32,000 nt of DNA from Massilicoli timonensis (lineage in GTDB: Bacteria > Bacillota_I > Bacilli_A > Erysipelotrichales > Erysipelotrichaceae). The position numbers and the translations under genes are program-made. The stretch covers positions 241,271-273,270 of the forward strand of contig NZ_LT963434.1 of the NCBI RefSeq assembly GCF_900199515.1. Reading direction: 5' to 3'. Below, one piece after another: positions 18,479 through 26,126 of this stretch; the stretch's first letter is position 1, and each line of letters begins with the position of its first letter. The notes below the pieces were generated by a model. It worked only from the letters and a program-made list of their open reading frames with translations. It did not search any database and was not told the origin of the DNA.

Positions 18479-18504
18479 CTCGCTTCAGTGTATGCGCCGC
18501 TGAT

Positions 18505-18543
18505 CCAAAAAATGAAAGCAGTCCTTCGCTTTTGAAAGACTGC
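18505..18543 (-). terminator. rho-independent terminator after the AlaX-like gene
   Basis: Minus strand: GCAGTCTTTC (18543-18534), loop AAAAGC, GAAGGACTGC (18527-18518) with one U-G pair, then TTTCATTTTTT. Confidence 0.65.
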
Positions 18544-18549
18544 TGTTTT

Positions 18550-19725
18550 TTAGGTTAGGTCCTTTGCCAATTCTTGCAGATAAGCGAGGATCCCTGCCTC
18601 ATAAGCACCGCCGCCCTGCGCCATAAAAGGACTGCCGCCGCCCTTGAAGGCAAAGCGTTTGCCTACCTGCTGAAATAGCGCATTGGCCTTAAAAGTCATC
18701 GACGGTGCATGTGCGATCACCACGTGTGCACGCGCTTCATGATGACATACACATAATAGGCTCTTTTCATAGTTTCGCACCAATATCGAGCACAGGGAAG
18801 TAAACATCTTTGTATCAAGATCATCTATTTCCGCAACGATCAATGGTTCCTGATGTGTTTCAGCCATCTGTTTCGCATACAGCTCCACATACTGATTTTT
18901 CCAGTTCTGCTCTTCCTGCTTAGCTGCTTTCAGTTCATTTTGTAAGCGATCCACGCCCGCTGCGCTCTCTAATAGCGGCACTGCCAGTTTTTTGGCGCAG
19001 CTGCTCAGTGCTTCCAACTGCTTGCCATAGGTGTGAAGCAGCTGATCTCCGCATAAAAAGTAAATCCGGTAGCCGCGCGTCGTTTTTTCAAAGCGCTGAA
19101 ACTTGATCATTTGGATATGGCGAAGGCTTGGCACCTGCACACATCCGCACATATTATAGTCAATATCGCCGATCTTGACCGCGCGCAGCTCCTCATGATC
19201 CGTTTTTTCCAGCGCAACATGGCGAAGCGCCTCTTCCTTGGTAGGATACACGATTTCCACCGGCAGATCCATACAGATATACGCATTGCATAACTGTTCC
19301 AGTTCTTCCATCAGCGCATGATCGAACGCTGTAAAACCCATTTCCGCACCGGCTTCGACCGCATCATTAAAAAATGAAATCGTCGGTGCATGATAGCGTT
19401 TGTTCATGATCCCGCACATCAAATGCTGCGCACTGTGAATTTGCGTCTTGATGCGCCGATATGCCACATCGACCTGCTGGGTCACGACGCCTTCCAAAGG
19501 TTCTTCCACCAAATGATAAATATGTCCGTTTTCCCATTTCAACGCTTTTACCGTGAGATCATTTAAGGTGCCGCGATCAGAAGCCATGCCACCCCCTTCC
19601 ACATAAAACACACTTTCCTCACAGGCGATCCAATAGCCCCTTTCCTCTTTGATACGATCGATGACTTTGCTTTGCAGCGAAGTTTTCATCCAGTCATCAT
19701 AATAGCGATTCAACAATCTCATCAC
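18550..19725 (-). CDS. AlaX-L-type alanyl-tRNA-synthetase-related editing protein (tRNA_SAD + DHHA1-like C-terminus)
   Basis: HxxxH motif (HSAQH). The second zinc motif reads CGCVQV instead of CGGTHV. C-terminal GGGSPFMAQGGG resembles the AlaRS C-Ala/DHHA1 region. The start is ambiguous: GTG 19725, ATG 19722, or TTG 19716, which has the best SD spacing. Confidence 0.75.
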   Translation of the reverse strand: MMRLLNRYYDDWMKTSLQSKVIDRIKEERGYWIACEESVFYVEGGGMASDRGTLNDLTVKALKWENGHIYHLVEEPLEGVVTQQVDVAYRRIKTQIHSAQHLMCGIMNKRYHAPTISFFNDAVEAGAEMGFTAFDHALMEELEQLCNAYICMDLPVEIVYPTKEEALRHVALEKTDHEELRAVKIGDIDYNMCGCVQVPSLRHIQMIKFQRFEKTTRGYRIYFLCGDQLLHTYGKQLEALSSCAKKLAVPLLESAAGVDRLQNELKAAKQEEQNWKNQYVELYAKQMAETHQEPLIVAEIDDLDTKMFTSLCSILVRNYEKSLLCVCHHEARAHVVIAHAPSMTFKANALFQQVGKRFAFKGGGSPFMAQGGGAYEAGILAYLQELAKDLT

Positions 19726-19756
19726 CTCTTTCGTTCATTATATCATAAACAGCCGT

Positions 19757-20269
19757 TCATTTACTTTTTTGTTTCAAATATGCCGCAAAAGCACAGGCAT
19801 CTCTTTGTTGAATGAGTCGATTGATCCCCTTTGCCCGCTCATTTTCCAATATCGGCAGCACTTCCCCTTCTTTCAGCCAGACTACCTCCGCGATCAGCAT
19901 TTGTTCAAGCGGCGTGCGTTTGATCTGTCCGATATTTTCCCCTAAGCGCACCGCATAGAAATGAGAATGGGTTTCCCGCTTGATCAGATAATAACGATCA
20001 ACGATCTCTCCGATCGCTCCAATGATCTCACAGGTATAGCCGCTTTCCTCCATCACTTCCCGATGAATGGCCGCTTCTTCACTTTCGTTCTCCTCAATGC
20101 CGCCGCCGATCGTTTCTAAATGATCGCGCTGCCCAAACGCATCTTCTCCGACGATTCGCAAAAAAGCATATTCATCATGATCATTTACCGCGATCACCCG
20201 CACAGTATGACGCACCTCAGCGATTGCTTGTTTTTTCCATACCGTATCTTCCAGTTTTGCCAAAATCAT
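19757..20269 (-). CDS. NUDIX hydrolase
   Basis: Nudix box GGGIEENESEEAAIHREVMEESG. The ATG at 20269 (MILAKL) lies 8 nt after AAGGAG (20283-20278). The listed GTG at 20278 overlaps the SD. Confidence 0.88.
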   Translation of the reverse strand: MILAKLEDTVWKKQAIAEVRHTVRVIAVNDHDEYAFLRIVGEDAFGQRDHLETIGGGIEENESEEAAIHREVMEESGYTCEIIGAIGEIVDRYYLIKRETHSHFYAVRLGENIGQIKRTPLEQMLIAEVVWLKEGEVLPILENERAKGINRLIQQRDACAFAAYLKQKSK

Positions 20270-20285
20270 CGTCTTCACTCCTTAT

Positions 20286-20315
20286 AAAAGAAAAAACAGC
20301 CACCCGTGTGACTGT
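20286..20315 (-). terminator. intrinsic terminator/attenuator directly upstream of the NUDIX SD
   Basis: Minus strand: ACAGUCAC (20315-20308), loop ACGG, GUGGCUGU (20303-20296), then U5CU4 (20295-20286). The stem is 8 bp including one U-G pair, which is a C-A mismatch on the plus strand. Confidence 0.6.
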
Positions 20316-20420
20316 CTTTTCGGCGACATTGATTTGATAATTTTTTTTGGGGGAGATTCATGCAAATTCCCTTATTTGGGTGGGGGAAGATGGGAATAAG
20401 CACACTCAAATCAATGTCAT
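20286..20420 (-). ncRNA. candidate cis-regulatory leader or small RNA: three-way junction with C-rich loops plus terminator
   Basis: Structure seen by eye:
- P1: 13-bp perfect helix, 20418-20406 / 20337-20325.
- P3: CUUAUU/AAUAAG closing the 18-nt loop CCCAUCUUCCCCCACCCA.
- P2: GGGAAUU/AAU(C)UCCC closing UGCAUG.
- A8 junction, then the terminator.
The promoter-predicted start coincides with the first base of P1. Confidence 0.45.
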
Positions 20421-20424
20421 GTTA

Positions 20425-20454
20425 ATAATACCTAAAATCTATTCTGTTTGTCAA
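20425..20454 (-). promoter_or_regulatory. sigma-A promoter driving the structured RNA / NUDIX operon
   Basis: Minus strand: TTGACA (20454-20449), 18 nt, TATTAT (20430-20425). Confidence 0.55.
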
Positions 20455-20575
20455 TAAATTTCTACTAAAAAAAGTCGCTTTCTTATTATTTTTCTGATCT
20501 TCTACGCATTTTGTGGATAATCCTTCCCTTATTTTCCATTTTTCTATAACCGCATAGTATGAAATGAGGTGAAGT

Positions 20576-21256
20576 ATGAAAAAAATCGGGATCGTCACAA
20601 GAACAGAAGCGCTGGAAGGAATCGAAAGGACCTTTGTGAATGACAGTTATGGAAACGCCATTCGTAAAGAAGGATGGTTCCCCGTATTTTGCAATGAGAT
20701 CGCTTTGGCGAACTGGTATGCCCAAAATCTGGATGCGCTGCTCATACCCGGTGGCTTAGATATAGATCCGCTTTACTATCAAAAGCAATGCGATCCGGCA
20801 ACAAAGCGTTATCCAAACCCCATTGACGCACTGGATTTTGCTTTATTGGAAGCATTCTTACAGGAAGGCAAACCGATACTAGGCATCTGCCGCGGCTTAC
20901 AGGTCATCAATGTCTTTTTTCGCGGTACGCTGAAACAGGATATCAATACCGATGATCATGAACGCGATCATCTTCATGAGGTCACGATCCTGCCCGGTTC
21001 TTTTTTATCCTCTATGCAAAAGCCGGTCATGGAAGTAAACTCTTACCATCACCAGACCATTGACCGCTTAGGAAAAGATTTGCGGGCGATCGCCGTTCAT
21101 CGCGATCAAACGATCGAAGCGATCATACACAAAACATTTTCGATCCTGGCGGTACAGTGGCATCCGGAAAAAATGGAGGACGATGTCATCATTCCTTATT
21201 TTCTGCATGCCTGTGCCACTTGTCGCTTTCCTCTCCACCAGCGCCATAAAAAATAA
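20576..21256 (+). CDS. class I glutamine amidotransferase, peptidase C26 (gamma-glutamyl hydrolase / PuuD-like)
   Basis: Nucleophile elbow GICRGLQVINV and a His in VQWHPE. SD GAGGTGA precedes the ATG at 20576. Confidence 0.85.
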   Translation: MKKIGIVTRTEALEGIERTFVNDSYGNAIRKEGWFPVFCNEIALANWYAQNLDALLIPGGLDIDPLYYQKQCDPATKRYPNPIDALDFALLEAFLQEGKPILGICRGLQVINVFFRGTLKQDINTDDHERDHLHEVTILPGSFLSSMQKPVMEVNSYHHQTIDRLGKDLRAIAVHRDQTIEAIIHKTFSILAVQWHPEKMEDDVIIPYFLHACATCRFPLHQRHKK

Positions 21257-21750
21257 ACGATGATAAGCAAAGAAAGCCAGTTTAGGAAGCGATCCAGCGG
21301 TACTGACATCGCCATTTCCTTGGCAGCGTAGCAGACCAAAAGCGAACGCATAAAACGAGCGATGCCATCACTGAGCAAAAAAGGAAACAGCGGCATGCGC
21401 ATCAGTCCGGCCAAATAGGCAAGCAGAAAGTCAGGAATTGGTGTGATGCCGCCGATGATCACAGCGATGATCCCATAGCGCTTCATGATCCGTTCCCCTT
21501 TATCAATATCCGATGTACTCGCCAAATGCTGCAGGATCTTTCTGCCAAAGCGCCATGCCAAAAAATAGCCGACCGCGCCGCCGAGCATCGTGCCGAAACT
21601 GCCGATCACACAAAAGAACAGCCAGTATGCGGGAAGCTTCAAGCATAGCGGCAGTAACACGACCTCCAATGAAGGGAGCGGTAAAAAGGCCTTCAGGCAG
21701 GCATAAAGAAACAACGCCACATTTTGATAAAGAAAAAACATACCTGTCAT
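21196..21750 (-). CDS. DedA/YqaA-family (VTT/SNARE-associated domain) membrane protein
   Basis: 184 aa and polytopic, with the LPLPSLEVVLLP and GRKIL…RYG…IIGGITPIP pattern of this family. SD AGGTGAG 6 nt before the ATG at 21750. Confidence 0.75.
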   Translation of the reverse strand: MTGMFFLYQNVALFLYACLKAFLPLPSLEVVLLPLCLKLPAYWLFFCVIGSFGTMLGGAVGYFLAWRFGRKILQHLASTSDIDKGERIMKRYGIIAVIIGGITPIPDFLLAYLAGLMRMPLFPFLLSDGIARFMRSLLVCYAAKEMAMSVPLDRFLNWLSLLIIVYFLWRWWRGKRQVAQACRK

Positions 21751-21791
21751 GATGTTCTCACCTGCTACAAGGTATGTTTTTTCTCTTGCTT

Positions 21792-22574
21792 TTATTCGTC
21801 ATCCATACAGGCGAACAGATCATGATAGCATGCACTCGGCGCAAATGCATAGCGTGCACAATCCGCAGCGGTGTGCACACCGCTTTCCACCAAGATCGTT
21901 TCTACACCATGCAGCGCCCCAAAAGCGATGTCAGTTTCCATATTATCGCCCAAAATGATACAGTCTTCTTTTTGCTTATTCAGATAGGCCAGCGTTTCCT
22001 CCAGCATAGGCGCGTATGGCTTGCCCAGCTTTAAGGACTCCTGTTCGCTCGCATAAGCAAGCATTTCTACGATACTGCCGTTCCCGATCAGAAAATGATC
22101 GCCATCCGCCAAGCGTCGATCACAGTTCGTGCCGATCAGCTTTGCCCCATTCCACAACTGTTCAAAGGCCTTGGAATAATCCATATACGTTTTAGAGCGC
22201 GACAAACCGACAAATACAAAATCACTGTGATCATCCACGATCGTAAAACCATTTTCCAGCAATGCTTCCCTTAATCCGTCCTCACCGATATAGTAGGCGT
22301 TACGCCGATCACTCATTCTTGCGACATAACGCGCCGCTGCCATGGCACTGGTAAAAAATTCATCTTCTTTGATGCCATGAAACCCCAACGCTTCCATATG
22401 TGCAACATTCTGCTTCTTCGTGCGCATGGCGTTATTGGTAACGAAGCAATAAGGGATTTTTTCTTTTTGTAAATAGCTGATCAATTCGATCGCACCGGGT
22501 ATCTGCTTTTTGCCCCGATACATCGTTCCATCCAGATCGATCAGCCACGTTTTATGCTTCCATCGTTCTTTCAT
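21792..22574 (-). CDS. HAD-IIA sugar-phosphatase-like hydrolase (NagD/YutF type)
   Basis: Motif I LIDLDGTMY, motif II TNN, C-terminal GDNMETDI. Confidence 0.85.
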   Translation of the reverse strand: MKERWKHKTWLIDLDGTMYRGKKQIPGAIELISYLQKEKIPYCFVTNNAMRTKKQNVAHMEALGFHGIKEDEFFTSAMAAARYVARMSDRRNAYYIGEDGLREALLENGFTIVDDHSDFVFVGLSRSKTYMDYSKAFEQLWNGAKLIGTNCDRRLADGDHFLIGNGSIVEMLAYASEQESLKLGKPYAPMLEETLAYLNKQKEDCIILGDNMETDIAFGALHGVETILVESGVHTAADCARYAFAPSACYHDLFACMDDE

Positions 22575-22601
22575 ATCCTCATTCCTTTCTTTTTTATTAT
22601 A

Positions 22602-23753
22602 TCATGCTTTTGCCTGCGGCTTCAGTTTTTTTCGAAAGCCGATCAGAAACGCAAACGGTGCAAGATTGGCGGCCGCAAACACATAAAGCGTCAGATCATA
22701 GCCCAGCCAATCGATCAAAGCGCTGCTGATCAGCGGCGTCAGTAAACCGCTTAATCCAACAAAGATTGCCAATGCAAATAACTGGGCGCTGCTGCGCAGA
22801 CTGCTTTCACAAATATCTTCGATGATGAGCTTGCTGACGAGGGCGACGATCGGCAGCGTTACGACTTGTAAAAAGGTAATGCCGATGATGAAATAAGGAT
22901 CCTGTGCAAAGCCATACAAAAAGAATTTGATGCCATACATCACGACTGCCACTAATAAAAGCGTATAGGCATTCACCTTTTTTAACAGCCGATTCGCACC
23001 AAGCAGCAGCGGCACCTCCATGATCGACTGTACTGCCCATTTGATTGCGATCACATCGTGGCTTGCCTTTAAGGCGACCATTTTATCCACGACGATATAC
23101 TGATCGCCGTTGCCGATCAAATAGATCATGAAAAAGACAAACACAAAGGCGAGATAACGGCGATTGCGAAACAGCTTTTTGATTTCTTTTAAGCTGTAAT
23201 TGCTTTCAATACGCACATCCTGCAATTTTCGAAAGAAGAACAGCCAAAGCACAGATACGATAAGCAGGCCGATTGCCAGCATGGGAAAAGAAGTGAGCGA
23301 AACGATCTGCCCTGCCGCGATCGCACCGACAGTAAAACCCAGCGCGCCTGCTGCTCTTAGCTTTGGATAATTTTGTTGATCCAACTGAAATAAATAAGTT
23401 TCCGTTAATCCTTGCATGATCTTTGCAAAACCGCCGACCATCGCACATACCAACAAAAGATAAGCAAATAAATCACCGCTGCTTAACACCATCGCCAAAG
23501 CAGACACAGCGAGAATCAAATAACCGATCAGTAAAAAACGCTTCATCTGATGATAGCGATCACAAAGAAGGCCGAAAACGATCTGCCCGATCGTCGCGAT
23601 CACCGCCACAAGCGCCAATACGATGCCCCGCTGCTCAAGGGAGAACGCATGCTCCTTCAAAAAAGGGATCAGCTGGGTCGAAACATAGGAAAATACAAAA
23701 AAAGCCAGGAAATTCTGTATGTATAAAAGCGCGTTTCGCTTCATTGATTTCAC
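22602..23753 (-). CDS. MFS-type transporter, substrate unknown
   Basis: 383 aa with about 12 hydrophobic segments and an MFS-like loop (GLLCDRYHQMKRF) after TM2. Confidence 0.75.
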   Translation of the reverse strand: MKSMKRNALLYIQNFLAFFVFSYVSTQLIPFLKEHAFSLEQRGIVLALVAVIATIGQIVFGLLCDRYHQMKRFLLIGYLILAVSALAMVLSSGDLFAYLLLVCAMVGGFAKIMQGLTETYLFQLDQQNYPKLRAAGALGFTVGAIAAGQIVSLTSFPMLAIGLLIVSVLWLFFFRKLQDVRIESNYSLKEIKKLFRNRRYLAFVFVFFMIYLIGNGDQYIVVDKMVALKASHDVIAIKWAVQSIMEVPLLLGANRLLKKVNAYTLLLVAVVMYGIKFFLYGFAQDPYFIIGITFLQVVTLPIVALVSKLIIEDICESSLRSSAQLFALAIFVGLSGLLTPLISSALIDWLGYDLTLYVFAAANLAPFAFLIGFRKKLKPQAKA

Positions 23754-23786
23754 TCCCTGGCTTTAGTATGTAACGCTTTGATTTGC

Positions 23787-24299
23787 TTATACGCGGGTGA
23801 TTCCCGCAGGGGTAAGGATCAGATCCAGCTTTACATCAAGATCATGCGGCCATGTATCCGCTACCTTTTGAAAGCAGTAAGCAACGCCAATCTTCAACGC
23901 ACTGCATTTTTTCAGATAGCGATCGTAATAGCCCTTTCCATAACCGATGCGATAGCCGTTTTCATCATAGGCGAGCAGCGGCACTAAAATAATGTCGATC
24001 TGTTTTGGATCCACGCTTTTGCCGATCGGTTCTTCAATGCCATAGCGGCCGCGTCTAAAATCATCCGGAACGATCATTTCCATATGCGTTTCATCCAGTA
24101 CCCGCGGATAGCACCAGGTTCCTTTCGCAGAGGGCAGTATTTCCAATTCCGCACGAAAGGCCCGATACGATGCGATCAGCATATCTTCTTTCAACAATGT
24201 TTCCAGCCATCTGGCCGCTTGCTTGGAAGCCTGTTTTCGCTCGCTCTCGCTCAGTTGTTCGCGTTTTTTACGCATATGCTTACGAATTTCATCTTTCAT
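23787..24299 (-). CDS. 5-formyltetrahydrofolate cyclo-ligase (MTHFS)
   Basis: 170 aa starting MKDEIRKHMRKKREQLS…, with the GYGKGYYDRYL signature. Overlaps the sufU stop by 11 nt. Confidence 0.88.
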   Translation of the reverse strand: MKDEIRKHMRKKREQLSESERKQASKQAARWLETLLKEDMLIASYRAFRAELEILPSAKGTWCYPRVLDETHMEMIVPDDFRRGRYGIEEPIGKSVDPKQIDIILVPLLAYDENGYRIGYGKGYYDRYLKKCSALKIGVAYCFQKVADTWPHDLDVKLDLILTPAGITRV

Positions 24300-24705
24300 C
24301 TTCCAACACCTGACGCATTGCCTTCCAGCTTAAAAACGCGCATTCCCTGCGATTGGCCTTCGTTGCGACGTCCGCAAAGATCGCTTCTTCCCCGATTCGC
24401 TCAGCTTCATACGGCTGCTGATCCAGCATGCGTTCATACGCCTCGATCTGCTTTAGTGCCGATTTGCGATCCTGCTTGCGCAGTTCTTCACACATCATGG
24501 AAGCAGCGGCGGTAGCGATCGCACAGGCATGACCGTAAAAGCAGACATCTTCGATCACATCATCTTGTATGTTTACCATCAGTGTCAGATCATCAGCGCA
24601 CGTATGGCTGTAAGCGCGTACCGACACATATCGTTCTTCTTTCCGATAATGACGGGGATGGGTCGCATGTTCCATCAAAAGCGCTCTTTTTTTCATCGGA
24701 TCCAT
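24289..24705 (-). CDS. sufU: SufU/IscU-like Fe-S cluster scaffold/sulfur acceptor
   Basis: MDPMKKRALLMEHATHPRHY… with conserved Cys residues (HTCADDL, GHACAIATAAAS, ANRRECAFL). The ATG at 24705 follows SD GAGGTGA. The listed start at 24762 overlaps sufS. Confidence 0.85.
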   Translation of the reverse strand: MDPMKKRALLMEHATHPRHYRKEERYVSVRAYSHTCADDLTLMVNIQDDVIEDVCFYGHACAIATAAASMMCEELRKQDRKSALKQIEAYERMLDQQPYEAERIGEEAIFADVATKANRRECAFLSWKAMRQVLEDER

Positions 24706-24715
24706 CTGTTTCACC

Positions 24716-25942
24716 TCATTCCATATAAAGATCGACGCAGGCGTCCAGCGTGATCTTCTCACAAAGCGCTAAGAAGCGATCGATTTCTTCGATCGTATTA
24801 TAAAATGCCAGACTGACGCGCAGCGTCGCCTTTGCATCGATCGCCTGCTTCAAAAGCCTTGCACAGTGCTGACCGCTGCGCAAGCAGACGCCATGCTTGG
24901 CGAAATAGGCGGCGGCATCCTGCACATGAATGTGATCGATCGTAAAAGCAGCGATGGGAATCGCACTGTCCTCATTCCATAACGTAACATGAGCGATCTT
25001 TTTTAATCCCGCAAACAGATGTTCTTTTAACTGTTGTTCCTTTGCTTCGATCACATCCAGACCGATCTTTTGCAGATAAGCGCATGCCTCACCGAAGGCG
25101 ATCGCTCCTTCGATCGGCGGTGTACCTGCCTCATAACCTGCACTTCCTTCGCATAATACGATGTGCCCCGCTTCATCGAAATCGCAGTTGCTCGTACCAC
25201 CGTAAAACGCCGGCTGAAGTACGGGGAACAGCTCCTTTTTCAAATACAAGGCGCCGACACCGGTCGTAGCGCCCAATTTATGTGCGCTGCAGGCAAACGC
25301 ATCCACCTTGCTCGCTTTGACATCTGTTCTGCCATGCGCTGCGCTCTGCGCCCCGTCAACAAATAATAATGCGCCTGCTTCATGAACGAGCTCCGCAATC
25401 TGTGCGAGCGGCAGCCGATATCCCAGCACATTGCCGATTTCCGCTAATACCACTGCTTTGACCCGGCTGTGCAGAGAAGCTTTTAATGCCGGCAAAGAAA
25501 AACGGCCATGTGCATCAAGCGGGATATAAGCAACTTCGATCCTTTTGAACTGCTTTAAGTGCAGAAACGGCAAAATACAGGACGCATGCTCCGCATAAGT
25601 CGTCAAAATGACATCGCCGTCTGTCAACTGCGGCAGCAGGGCGTAGGCAAGCTGATTCATCGCCGCCGTAGTGCCGCCGGTAAAGATGATCTCCTCTGCC
25701 TGCGCATGCAGAAAAGAAGCGACCTGTTCCCTTGCCTGTTCATAACGCTTCTCCAGTGCCTGCGCCAATGGATAAGCACTGCGATGCACGTTTACGCTTT
25801 CTTTTTCATAATAGCGAACCAGCGCATCGATCACACAGCGCGGCTTCAATGCCGTTGCGGCATTATCAAAATAGATCAAATCCGGATGCTGATCAAAAAA
25901 AGGATAATTTTTTCGCAGCAGCGCATCTTCCAAAGCAAACAC
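24716..25942 (-). CDS. sufS: cysteine desulfurase SufS (class V aminotransferase)
   Basis: LIYFDNAATALKP, PLP lysine in SAHKLGATTG, active-site RSGQHCA. The start is either GTG 25942 or TTG 25933, which has better spacing from AAAGGA. Confidence 0.92.
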   Translation of the reverse strand: MFALEDALLRKNYPFFDQHPDLIYFDNAATALKPRCVIDALVRYYEKESVNVHRSAYPLAQALEKRYEQAREQVASFLHAQAEEIIFTGGTTAAMNQLAYALLPQLTDGDVILTTYAEHASCILPFLHLKQFKRIEVAYIPLDAHGRFSLPALKASLHSRVKAVVLAEIGNVLGYRLPLAQIAELVHEAGALLFVDGAQSAAHGRTDVKASKVDAFACSAHKLGATTGVGALYLKKELFPVLQPAFYGGTSNCDFDEAGHIVLCEGSAGYEAGTPPIEGAIAFGEACAYLQKIGLDVIEAKEQQLKEHLFAGLKKIAHVTLWNEDSAIPIAAFTIDHIHVQDAAAYFAKHGVCLRSGQHCARLLKQAIDAKATLRVSLAFYNTIEEIDRFLALCEKITLDACVDLYME

Positions 25943-25960
25943 ATCCTTTCTTACCGTATC

Positions 25961-25989
25961 ATTCTATCATTGTTTGACCTTTCCGACAA
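25961..25989 (-). promoter_or_regulatory. sigma-A promoter for the sufS…dedA gene string
   Basis: Minus strand: TTGTCG (25989-25984), 17 nt ending TGA, TAGAAT (25966-25961). Confidence 0.5.
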
Positions 25990-26066
25990 TTCTTTTCCCT
26001 TCCCTTTCCGTTTTTATTCAGTATCGTGTGAAAGCATGGGTTATGCAAGAAAGCATATGGGATAAA

Positions 26067-26095
26067 TTGCATTCCCTATTAAAATCGGCTATAAT
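26067..26095 (+). promoter_or_regulatory. sigma-A promoter for the PrsA-like pair
   Basis: TTGCAT (26067-26072), 17 nt, TATAAT (26090-26095). Confidence 0.55.
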
Positions 26096-26126
26096 GGTAC
26101 GGAAACGATAATAAAGGAGGATATTC

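Noticed and set aside
20325-20418. Resemblance of the structured element to preQ1-I (hairpin + CCC + A-rich tail) or, on the other strand, yybP-ykoY (GGGGAG)
   Set aside because: Loop sequences, helix lengths and the gene context (NUDIX/AlaX-like) do not fit either consensus. The wobble/mismatch asymmetry indicates the minus strand, which excludes the Mn-riboswitch-like reading.
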